NCBI GenBank assembly: GCA_965112735.1 | Contig: OZ218950.1 | Coordinates: forward strand, 5,332,001-5,396,000 | DNA: 64,000 nt | Origin: Phaeosaccion multiseriatum | Lineage: Eukaryota > Protista > Ochrophyta, other classes | Direction: 5' to 3' | Part shown: in pieces, positions 50,315 through 60,359 of the stretch | Numbering within the stretch: position 1 is the first letter of the stretch | How the letters are laid out: each line of letters starts with the position of its first letter | Position numbers and translations under genes: made by a program | Notes under the pieces: model-generated | What the model saw: only the letters and a program-made list of their open reading frames with translations | Database searches by the model: none | Told to the model about the DNA's origin: nothing

Positions 50315-51998
50315 ATGAGATGGGCTAGTGCCGGTGAAGCTTCTTTACGCGCTGAGGATTGGACGTACCTCGCCGAGGGAAACGCGCACGTAGTTCTGCG
50401 CTATGAGGGTACCTGCTCGAGCCTGGTCGGACGTGTTTTGCGCCTGTACAAGGTCCAGCTGCAGCTGCAGCAAGAAGGGGGGGAGGAGGATGCGTCATCA
50501 TTCGAGGAGTCGGTGGGCCAGCGCGTGTTTGCCAGCCTACTTTCTCCGGGGTACTTTGATGAGCCCGTGGCTGTTTATCTCGGTGGCGATTTGACGCGGG
50601 TGCTGAAGGAGCGCGCTACTTCGTTCCGACCGGCTGCTCGAGGCGACCTCGATCCGCACCCGTGGAGACCGTTCGGGGTCCTTGAAAGCGACAAGACGGC
50701 AATGTGGCTCGGCTACTCGCGTCCTTCTCCAGAAGGGTCTCCACGTGTGTCGGGCGGTTTGGGGTCAGAGGATAGGCGGCAGCAGCCGCCGCGGTGGCGG
50801 ACAACAATGGCCTTGGAGATCAAGGCAAAAGGTGGCCATCGCCCAGCTAGTCAATTAGTTCCCCCTGGTCGGGCAGAATTGAAGCGAAGAATACCGAGAG
50901 ACTGGGTAGTGCAGGCGTACAAGAAACGCCTGCCGCCGCTGCCGCAGAGAGGGGAGAAGGGGGGCGGCATTGCCAAGTACAATCCCGAGGATCTGTTTTC
51001 GGGAAATTGCGAGAGGATGGCCAGCGCTCTCAGACACCTCATCGTATGTCCGCAGGTACGTCTGGCTCGACGTTGTTCTCTCTTGGTCTCTTCTCTTCTG
51101 TAGCTGCTACCGACGCTGCTACTCTCGACTTCTCTCTCCTCGGGAGATCTCCGCTCTCCCCCACGCGTTCCTCCTGCTTCCTCCTGTTCCCTCACCGCGT
51201 TCCGTTCCTCCTGCTTCCTCCTGTTCATGTGTGTGAGTGCAGAACAAGCTACGGGTGTTCTGGGAGGGTGAACATGTGTATGGGAAAGGCTGCCCTCCTG
51301 CTTTGTCTTCGGAAAGACAACCACGGCAGAGACTAGAGGCTGCGGCAGAAATGCTTTTTTCCAAGGCCCCGAGGACGTCTTTCGGAACATCAGCCACCAC
51401 CTCCCCCCCCACACACACGGAGAGGTTGGTCCAACTAGTGTCTGCAATTCTTGCTCGAGAGCCACTCCTGTCTGAGCTTCTCGACGTGCAAAAGCACGAC
51501 GTGCTTGACGTAGAAGGCGCAAGCCTGGTGTACGCCCGTCTCTTGGACCTCTGCGACGGCGACGAGACTACGTGTCAACAGCTGCTCACCTCGGCACAAG
51601 CGAACGCCCCCACCGCCAATGATTTCGAGCAATGCTCGAAATGGAGAGCAATGTGGACCTCCCCCTGCTCCTCCGATGATGCCGGCGCATCACACTCGGC
51701 AGCGCTGGCCGCTGTGGCTCTGCTTGCCAAGGAAGCATGCGTGCAACTTCTCGTTATGTGGCTTTTGGCCCTGGTGGCAAGTGACTGCAGTATCATGATC
51801 GCTATTCAGCCCTTGCCTCTGCACGAGAACTGCGGTAGTAGCTCGCTGCAGCAAAGGGAACGAGCGGGACATGTCGAATGGGAGGGGCAGCACCTGGCCT
51901 ACTGCTTGACAGTTGTTGACATCGACTGCAAGCCGCCTTCCAAAGCCAAGTTAAAGGGAGAAAAGGAGGCGGACATTTGGGACCAACTTCTTTGTTGA
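50315..51998 (+). CDS. IPK1: Inositol-pentakisphosphate 2-kinase, 2 exons
   Basis: WTYLAEGNAHVVLRY, LEIKAKGG, YNPEDLFSG, PQ|NKLRVF, ASDCSIMI, VVDIDCKPPSK. Confidence 0.88.
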
Positions 51999-51999
51999 T

Positions 52000-52195
52000 A
52001 ATGTATATAATATATATATATAATAATATATATATATATATATTTTTTTTTTCATGTATGTATTACCTATGTATGGATAATGTATGTATGTATATATATA
52101 ATATATATATATATTTTTTTTCATGTATGTATTACCTATGTATGGATAATGTATGTATGTATGTATGTATGTATGTATGTATGTACGTATGTACA
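52000..52195. repeat. AT-rich (TA)n/(ATGT)n tract with an internal ~70-bp duplication
   Basis: ttttttttcatgtatgtattacctatgtatggataatgtatgtatg occurs twice. Confidence 0.85.
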
Positions 52196-52221
52196 ATAGG
52201 TATGGTGAACAAGTCTCCTTT

Positions 52222-53186
52222 TCAGTGTGGGGAAAGGGGGGTGGCTGTAGGCAAGGAGTCATTGAGCGCTGCGGCGGTAAAATCAGCAGAGTCAACGACA
52301 GTTGCGGTAACTGCTGTTACCACCCTCGTGGTCGGGTAGCTACCCTCCTCTGCGACGTGCGGTCGCAGCTGCGGCTGCCCCCAAACCTGCCCAACAACCT
52401 GCTCCCCTTGTTGAACCAAGTGTGAAGGACGGGTGGTGTCAGGTTTACGCCTGCTGCAAAAGAAGCGCAACATACACCCCAAGCAGCTGAAGGCTGCCAT
52501 AGACACAGCGAAGAACACGAGCATCTGGTCTTGTTGGGACAGTCCTCCATCCGTGCTACCGCTACCGCCGCTCCGGACGGTGGGGTCCGGAATCTCATGC
52601 CCCTCCTCGTCATCGTCATCCTTCTCCTCCTCCCCGTCGTCGTCGTTGCGGAGGTCACCACCATTCGCGAAAAAACCCAATCCACCCAGGGTTTGGGGAT
52701 GCCCTGCCACAACAACGTCAAGCAGCGCGTCCCCGTTGACGTCTGCAGACATCACGGATCTGCTACCGCCCTGGCCGCCCAAGTCAGGCCGTTTCGTAGC
52801 CCATCCCTCCGAAGGCCCCAGGTTCTCCAACCAAATGAAACTGTCCACCGCTCCCGCGCCCAAAATGTCCAGGTTGCCGTCCCCGTTCAAGTCCGACAGG
52901 GAAATGTCCGCCATTTCCCGCCCGACTCCGATAAAAATGGTACTGGGGGGAGACAGAAATCTTCCCTCTCCGTCGTTTCGGTACAAGTGAACCTCGCTGT
53001 CCCCGCTGCCCCCAAAAATAGCAACAACGATTTCACTGTAGCCGTCCCCATCCAAGTCTCCACACGCCATACTCCGAATACTCGTGGGCGCATCCAGGAT
53101 TACGTTCGGGGTGGGATCCACGAGTCCAGCGTCATTCGACCACCACACAAGTCCATCATACGACGCGCCGACTATATCAAAAACTG

Positions 53187-53248
<62 letters not shown>

Positions 53249-54035
53249 CCATTTATGTTACAGGCCGAGACTCCGGAGGGAAAGTTCACGCCTGTCGAAA
53301 GATTAAAGCGGTCAAAGCCGCCACTCCCGTCGTTTATAAACAAAACGTGAGACCCCTGCGACAGCTGGTCGGCTGTCACACTCAGCACCTGTGTGAAGGG
53401 GAAGGGGTTCGACAGGCCGCGCGTTTAGTACTCAGAAAAAAAGGCAAGCCATATTAGATGAAGGGAGTCGGACTCACGTCAAGGTGAGAGTCGTTGTTGA
53501 TGTCAACGGCTTGCACTCGACGGGGCCCTGCAAGGCCTTCCGCGATGGTCTGCCTCGTAAAGACGCCACTGTCCACGTTCTCCAAGAGAAAGATTGCATC
53601 GTCGCCCAAGCTGGTGATGACTAGGTCACTGTCCGCGTCGCTGTCCCAGTCCACGCACTGAACTCTACCAAAACAAGAGGGGCACAGAGTAAGAGGGGGA
53701 AAGGAGGGGGGGAGGAAGCACCTACTTCACGAAACGCACCTCCAGATGTCTTCGAGACCAGCGGCAGCAGCTACCTCATGGCGCTCCCACGCCTGCCCCA
53801 TGGTGGAGTACCATGCCACGCCTGAAGGCCCCGTGACAACAATGTCGAGGTGTCCGTCGCCGTCCAACTCACAGGCCGCTACATCAGTCACCTCTTCTGG
53901 CAAGTCCGCCGAAATATCGCGGAACGAGAAGCTAGTGCCTGCAACCCTGCCCAGCACAAGCAGCAGCAGAAGGACCAGCAGCGGCGCTTGATAGAAAACA
54001 CAAGCCAAGCACCCGGGACAAGAGCACCGGGTCAT
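52222..54035 (-). CDS. FG-GAP/VCBS-repeat type I membrane protein, 3 exons
   Basis: Signal peptide LLVLLLLLVLGRVAG. Repeated Ca-binding loops ELDGDGHLDIVV, DWDSDADSDLV, DINNDSHLD, DLDGDGYSEIVV, DLNGDGNLDIL, DVNGDALLDVVV. Acidic linker, TM segment MLVFFAVSMAAFSCLGCML, basic stop-transfer. Confidence 0.85.
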
Positions 54036-54132
54036 GCCCAAGGAGGGGTCGCGTTGGAGGGACGCCCCCGACCCATGAAGTAAAATTTGAGCTCGTGGGA
54101 GGATTTCCCGCGCACGTCCCCACAGCACAAAG

Positions 54133-54358
54133 ATGTCAACTTTCGAGATATCCAGGACCAGTGGTCAAGCAAGGACAGGGATTTTGAAGCTAGCCCGGAA
54201 CGCTGCTGATGACGTCTTGACGCCCGCACTGGTGCTGCATACAGAGGCGGGCAGCCCCCCCCTCATGATGGTTGACTTGCTCGAGGAGCTGGGCCCGGGC
54301 CCCTGTGCCTTTCACCTTGGCTACGCCGATGTGCACGAAATGATGATCTCGAAAAGTG

Positions 54359-54401
<43 letters not shown>

Positions 54402-55431
54402 CAGTAGCAGTGGTAATACGCTTTTGCCGAGTAGGCCAGTGGGAGCAGCAGTGGTGGTGGCTCTGAGAGACTTGTCGCATGGGGTGCTGGATCTTGCGGC
54501 CTCCGATACCCATGTCACTATTGAACGGAAGAAGGGGCGTTTGGAAGTGTCCCCAGCCGATTTCATACGTGCGGCTTCGTGTGTGAGGCCAGATGTGCTG
54601 TGCACCATGTGTGAAAATGTCCACCCGGAGCAAGGCAGTGGGAAGCGCCGCGCCAGGGCTGCGAGGAGGAACTTGGCGTGGCTGGATGAATGCCTGGACC
54701 TTCTTCAACAAGTGCACCAGAACTGGCAACCTGCCGTGTTTGGGGCACTGACACTGACTGGAGATGATAGTGATGCTGGTTCAGCCAGGTTGGCTATGGA
54801 GATGGAGAAGCGAAACGTCTTTGGCTATGCGCTTGTCGGACGGATAGGAAGGGGGTCAAAAAACGTGTTGGCGCGAGTGGACAAGAGTAAGCCTCGCTCT
54901 GCGCAGGGCCTGGGACATCCTCTGGAAATCTTGGAAGCAGTGGCGCAAGGAGTGGATCTTGTGCACAGCGCCTACCCCCACGTGCTGACCACCATGGGGC
55001 ACGCGTTTTGCATGTCTCTGCAGCTTCCTTACGACAACCACCACCACGATGACAACAACGAGAACAACCGCGACACGCGCAATCCCCCCACTCCCAAGCC
55101 GCCAAACAAGAGGAAGTGGGGCGGGGGCGCATCAAGTATAGCAGCACCCCAACCACCACCCCCACCCATCATCGACTTGTGGGACCCATGCTTCAAAACA
55201 GACACCTCTCCTCTCGTAGCTGGCTGCGTGTGCCCGGCATGCGCTGACCACTCCAAGGCGTACATTCACCACCTCTTGGTTGTCAAGGAGATCGCCGCCG
55301 AGGTGCTGCTCGAGCTCCACAATACGCATCACTTTCTCGCCCTTTTCGACAACATCCGGAAGAGTATAGCGACGGAGACATTTGCACAGTACCAGCTTCT
55401 TTTGCAGGGGCGACTCACTTGTCATTCTTAA
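54133..55431 (+). CDS. QTRT2: Queuine tRNA-ribosyltransferase accessory subunit (TGT family), intronless
   Basis: ARTGIL, TPAL, KPR..GLGHPLEILEAVAQGVDL, zinc site GCVCPACADHSKAYIHHLL..LLELHNTHH. The catalytic-subunit DSGG motif is absent. Confidence 0.88.
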
Positions 55432-55459
55432 AATGTAAAAGACCTCGAAGAAAAACACC

Positions 55460-56158
55460 TCATGCGCTGCTGCTGCGTCCAGCCTTGACAACCATGGGCT
55501 TGACCACCTCCTTCTGCGTGCGAATGGACCGGTACACACGAGCCCAGCGGGCCTGAGCCGCCGCCTCCAAGTCCGGTCGGTAGTAGCTCCCCGTCACTTG
55601 CGCCTTAATGGCCTTCGATGTACTCTGGTAGGTCTTCTTAATCACAGTGCTGCCCACTGACTTGCTTGGGGTCTTGCTCTTCTTACCCTGCGATGGGAAG
55701 ACAGTGTTTCGATGCACAAAGAAAACAAGCAAACACAAACATGGGTGTGTGGGATTTCTTGCTTCGCCCTTCCTTGGCCATGCCGCTGCTACTCGTTCAT
55801 CGCCTACCCTCACCTTCAGCGACAACACGGTCGAAAGCCTGCCCTTGGAGTCTGCCCCCTCATTCACTCCCACAGCCTTGGAGTTGGCCAGCTGGGAATA
55901 CTTGAAGGCGTTCTTGTTCATCAGGTTGAGAGGCTCAGATGACATCACCACACTGCCAGACCTGCTCAACGTGTAAGATATGGAACATGGTTATTACGCA
56001 TGGGTGCGTTGTGCCACTGAGCCTAGAGCAAACGCAAAATAGTTTGAAGCTCCCTCCCCGACCATCCCTCACCTCTTCGTCTGTCCATTCCTCTTGTGGA
56101 GGAAGCAGTTGTTCCTGGACACGATGGCCCAAACGAGGTCATCCGGGCAAGTCGCCAT
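55460..56158 (-). CDS. RPL28: 60S ribosomal protein L28e, 3 coding exons
   Basis: MATCPDDLVWAIVSRNNCFLHKR, SSEPLNLMNKNAFKYSQLAN, YYRPDLEAAAQARW. Confidence 0.95.
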
Positions 56159-56399
56159 CCTGCAAATGTCTACCTTCTGCTGAGGCAAAAGACAAGCTAT
56201 TGCGGCCCCATAGGCCAGCAAGAACCCCGGGGTGGCGCCTCACAGATGACAACTCTCAATGACATAATATTTTTTTTTTCTCTCTTTTGGCGGCGTGCCG
56301 GCTAGGTGTACAGTAGCAAGTGGATAAGCTCCCATGCCGAGGACTTTCTGCTAGATACTTACGCCTCTGCTGTTTGTGCTTCTCCATTAGACGGAGAGG

Positions 56400-58379
56400 A
56401 TGGTAAGTCGAATGGATCAGTTGGTCATAGCGATAGCACTTGCCACGATACCGATGCTTACCGACTCTGCTTCTTTGCGCTGCTCCATAGACGCTGTCCA
56501 CTGCTCAAGCGGATGCCATGATGAACCGAGCCAAGCTCCAGGGCTTGTCGGCTACTCACCCGCTGTTGCCGAAGCAAGTGGTTGTGTGTGGAGGCGGAAA
56601 TGGGGCCCATGTTTGTGCTGGGTTTTTGGCATCACAGGGCATCAGGTGAGGGTGGAGAGTTCGAGAGTTAGGGCTTCAGATGTCCATGCGAGGAGGAGCA
56701 GCTGAGCCGACCTCCCTAACGAACTCTCTCGTCCCGCAGGGTCAATGTCCTCTCTCGACAAGCGGAAAAGTGGGGTGACAGTATCTCGGTCACGACTGGG
56801 GGCTCAAGCTGGGAGAAGCGAGGCACAATTGTTGGAAAGCTCAATATGGTGAGCTCGGACCCAGCCGAGGTGGTACCGGGCTCCGATGTAGTTATTATAG
56901 CAGCGCCAGCGAATGCGCACGGACCTCTCTTGAGCAAGATTGCCCCCTACGTGGACGAGAGGATGGCCGTGGGCGCTCTCTTTGGGCAGGGAGGCTTTGA
57001 CTGGGCCGCGAACTCTGCTTTCAAAGGAAGGCTGGACCGCGTGAAGTGCATATTTGGGCTGCAGAATATTCCGTGGATTTGTAAAAAGGTCGAGTACGGG
57101 TGAGTTGGTGTGTTTGATATTGGAAGGGGCGGCAACACAAAACAAGTTCCACACCGCCCACCTCAACCCGGCCACCCACCTGCCTGTCTGCCTGCTGCTC
57201 TCCTTTGCCCAGGCGTTCTGCGCGCATCATCGGTCCGAAAAAGATGCTGTACCTTGCCTCCTATCCTGTGGAGGAGAAGAGTGCCATGGCACGGGTAGTC
57301 GAGGTCATGTTTGACATACCCTGCCAGACGCTGCCAAACTTTTTGAACCTCACACTGACGCCATCTAATCAGATTATTCACCCAGGTAATTTTTCCAGTA
57401 CAGAGTGAAAAACCACCCTTTTTTTCACTCGCTCCAGTCCCCCCCCCCCCTTCTTTCTCTGGTGCTTTCTTGCCCGCACCGCAGCACGCTACTATGGCAT
57501 CTTCAGAGACTGGGACGGGAAGAGGACGTACAGCAAGGAGGATCTCGAGGCGAAGAGGGGGCTGACGTTGTACGACGAGTTTGATGAGTTTAGCGCAGAG
57601 ACGCTTACTGCACTGGACAACGAGTTACAGCAGGTTTGTTTGTTGGTATGATTGGCGTATATCAACCCCTCTCGGCCATGCTAAGCTAACTCCGGCAACC
57701 CCTTTGTTGCAGATTAAGCTCGCGCTGCTTCAGCGCTGCCCCCAGCTAGACCTCTCTCGAGTTCGGCCCATTGCAGTGGCTATTGTACACAACTACGGCA
57801 GCGACGTGACTGATCCGAGCAGCCTGCGCAGCATGTTTTGCACCAATCGCGGGTACAAGGTACGGCTCCAGTGAGGCATACAATCACAAACGAACTCTAC
57901 CCTCACGTTTCTTTCCCGTCTCTCCCTCATTAAGGGCTGCGCCACCCCCATGGAAGAAGTAGAACCAGGGCGTTTCATCCCCGCAGTGAATTCGCGACTG
58001 TTCTGGGAAGATGTCCCCTTTGGCCTCTGCATCCTCAAGAATCTGGCAGAGATGCTTGGCAATTTCCCTGTCCCATCCATCGAGTTTCTCATCCGCTGGC
58101 ATCAACAATTCATGGGCAAGGAGTTTCTAGCCAAGGATAATCAACTCAATCCTATCGCATTGGAGGACAGTGGGGCACCGTACAAGTACGGTATCCATAA
58201 ACTGGAGGTGAGTAGGAGGCCTGTGACGCTGCAAGCCTGGTGTGTGCCTTGTGCCTCTTTCGACTGTGGCTGACACCGACCCGACTGCCCCCCCGGCCCG
58301 GCCCGCCATGCAGGATCTGGTAAAGACTTGTCTCCCACAGGGTCTACAAGACTACCAGCACCCGCGCACTCGCCTATGA
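56400..58379 (+). CDS. Opine (octopine/tauropine/alanopine-type) dehydrogenase, multi-exon
   Basis: Rossmann motif VVVCGGGNGAH, GQGGFDW, GLQNIPWIC, LTPSNQIIHP.RYYGIF, SRLFWEDVPFGLCILK, IRWHQQFMGKEF. The first exon is only ATG (56400-56402). Confidence 0.9.
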
Positions 58380-58390
58380 GAGGCGCTTTT

Positions 58391-59762
58391 TTATTTAAAA
58401 AAGCGATTGATGAAAAAGCGAATACCTTCCAAGCTCTCGTCCCGACAGAGCAGCTGTGCCTCCTCTGCTTGAACCAAGTGCTCCAAGCAGAGCGTCGTTG
58501 ATGTCTTGAGCTCCCTCGCGGCTTGACTGAGGAGCAAGCCACTGTGTCCTGCTGCGTCGGCAAGCTCGACTAGCCGGGCATTCATGCGGGGAGAATCAAA
58601 GCGATCACTCTCAATCACCAACACTCCACTGTCAAAGCGGCGGAGGCGCATCCCCAGGCTGAGCTCTGACAGAAGTTCGCTAACCTTGAGCAAATCGTCC
58701 GGCGAGACAAGTCGCGTCCCTCGAGCCCGGTTAAAGATGGAGTAAACATCCGCCAGCGTCATCATCCCTCCAAAACGAGACAAAATGCCTTGCCCCTCCA
58801 GGAACCCGGCGAGCTCCTTGGCAAGCAACTGATGGTACTCAGACGACCCACCTGCGCCCCCCCGCGTCACGGGTGCTGCAATGCCAATGTGCAGGAGAAA
58901 GTCGCCGAGCTCGTTTGCTTCTGGTTGCTGCTCCTTGGCCTTGAGTCCCTCCGAATACCGGTCAATCACGGCCACCACTTCCTTTGCCTTGGAAATTAAA
59001 CTTGTCAAATCCCCGAAAGTCTCTTGGGCAATTTCCCCAACCACCTGGTGGGACATCTCCTGCCTCTTCAAAATGGCTGCGATACCAACTTGCCTTTCAA
59101 AAACCGGCACTGTCTTGGCGGCTGAGGGCCTCGGTAGCAAGGAGGATGCGGTCACCACTACCCAGTCCTTCCTCTCCATACTCTTCTCGACGGCTTCGAA
59201 AAATTCGCGTCCTGAGCGGTCTTTGAACTTAATCACGGCCAACAGCAGTCTTGATCCTCCTGGAGAAAAGAGTTGTACTTCTTTCACATGAGATCGGAAG
59301 AGACCCCTGCTTTTGCCCGCCCGTGCTGCTCCAACGTCTGCTCTAGGGCGCGGCGGAAAGCAAGCTCATAATTTAGATCACATCCCCTCTCCTCGAACCA
59401 AAGTGTTGCCACGCAAGGCGTACCTTGCAAGTCGCAGCCCATCAAGAGGCCAGCCCCTAGCCACAGCAAGCGATGCGTCGTGACGGTGCAAGTGCCGCGA
59501 GACAGCTTTTCCGTGAGCTTCGATCGGTCGCCCCCCTCGCACGCAAACACACTCGCTCCACTGTAAAGAGGGCAAAGAGGGAGGGTTGGGCTGATTGTTG
59601 GTAGGGCCTAGACACTCGAAGAAGCACCACCTATGGCCACCCACACCTCTTCTTGAATATTTCCACTTCTCCCTGCAAGGTCGCAGCCTTCCCTGCTCCG
59701 TCATCGCGCAGCTCCTTAAAGAGATCCGCGAAGGTAGCCGGCGCAGAATTTCCCTCTACCAT
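58391..59762 (-). CDS. VPS36: ESCRT-II subunit Vps36/EAP45
   Basis: GLUE-like VTTHRLLW; VGIAAIL..FGDLTSLISKAKEVV; IGIAAPVTR; GGMMTLADVYSIFNRARGTRLVSPDDL; LCRDESLEGIRFFINRF. Confidence 0.92.
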
Positions 59763-59977
59763 GACACAGGCCAGATGATTCCCATACCCGCTGCTGCCCC
59801 CTGCTCGCCTTGGGGGGGGGATTATGGGGGGGGCGAGTGGAAGGATTGGAGCCGTCGTCGGAACACTCGATATGTCAACGAATTCGTTACTTTTTTCCCA
59901 TCGTTCCCCTTTCGACAAACCAACAGCCTTCCCATGGTTAGTTAAGTGAAAATTGAGAGAGAGCGGAAGGGGAAAAC

Positions 59978-60323
59978 ATGGGGGGGGGTGCGTCGCGGGG
60001 TGTGGCACCGGCTGCAGCCGAGGACCAGGTGCCAGAGAAAACAGGAGAAAAAACAGGAGAGGAGACCCAGAACGAAGAGTACGATAACTTCGTCCGGACG
60101 AAGACTGAGTTTTCACAGATGAAAGACAAGGGATTGAGCAATGAGTCCATCTTTTCAGTGTTAAGCTCTCGGACTCTGAGAAGATACGAAGAGGGCAAGG
60201 ACGAACGAGACATCACTTCTCAAGGAAGGGGGGAGGGTGGAAAGGAAGTTGGCAGAAGGGCGGGGAAAGGAGGCAGCGTTATGATTGTTAGTAGCCGCGC
60301 TGAGCTGCAAGACATTGAGAGGG

Positions 60324-60359
<36 letters not shown>

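Noticed and set aside
26929-59762. Functional cluster of ubiquitin-system genes (USP40, E1-like, MINDY, VPS36)
   Set aside because: They are interspersed with unrelated housekeeping genes, belong to common families and share no visible regulatory motif
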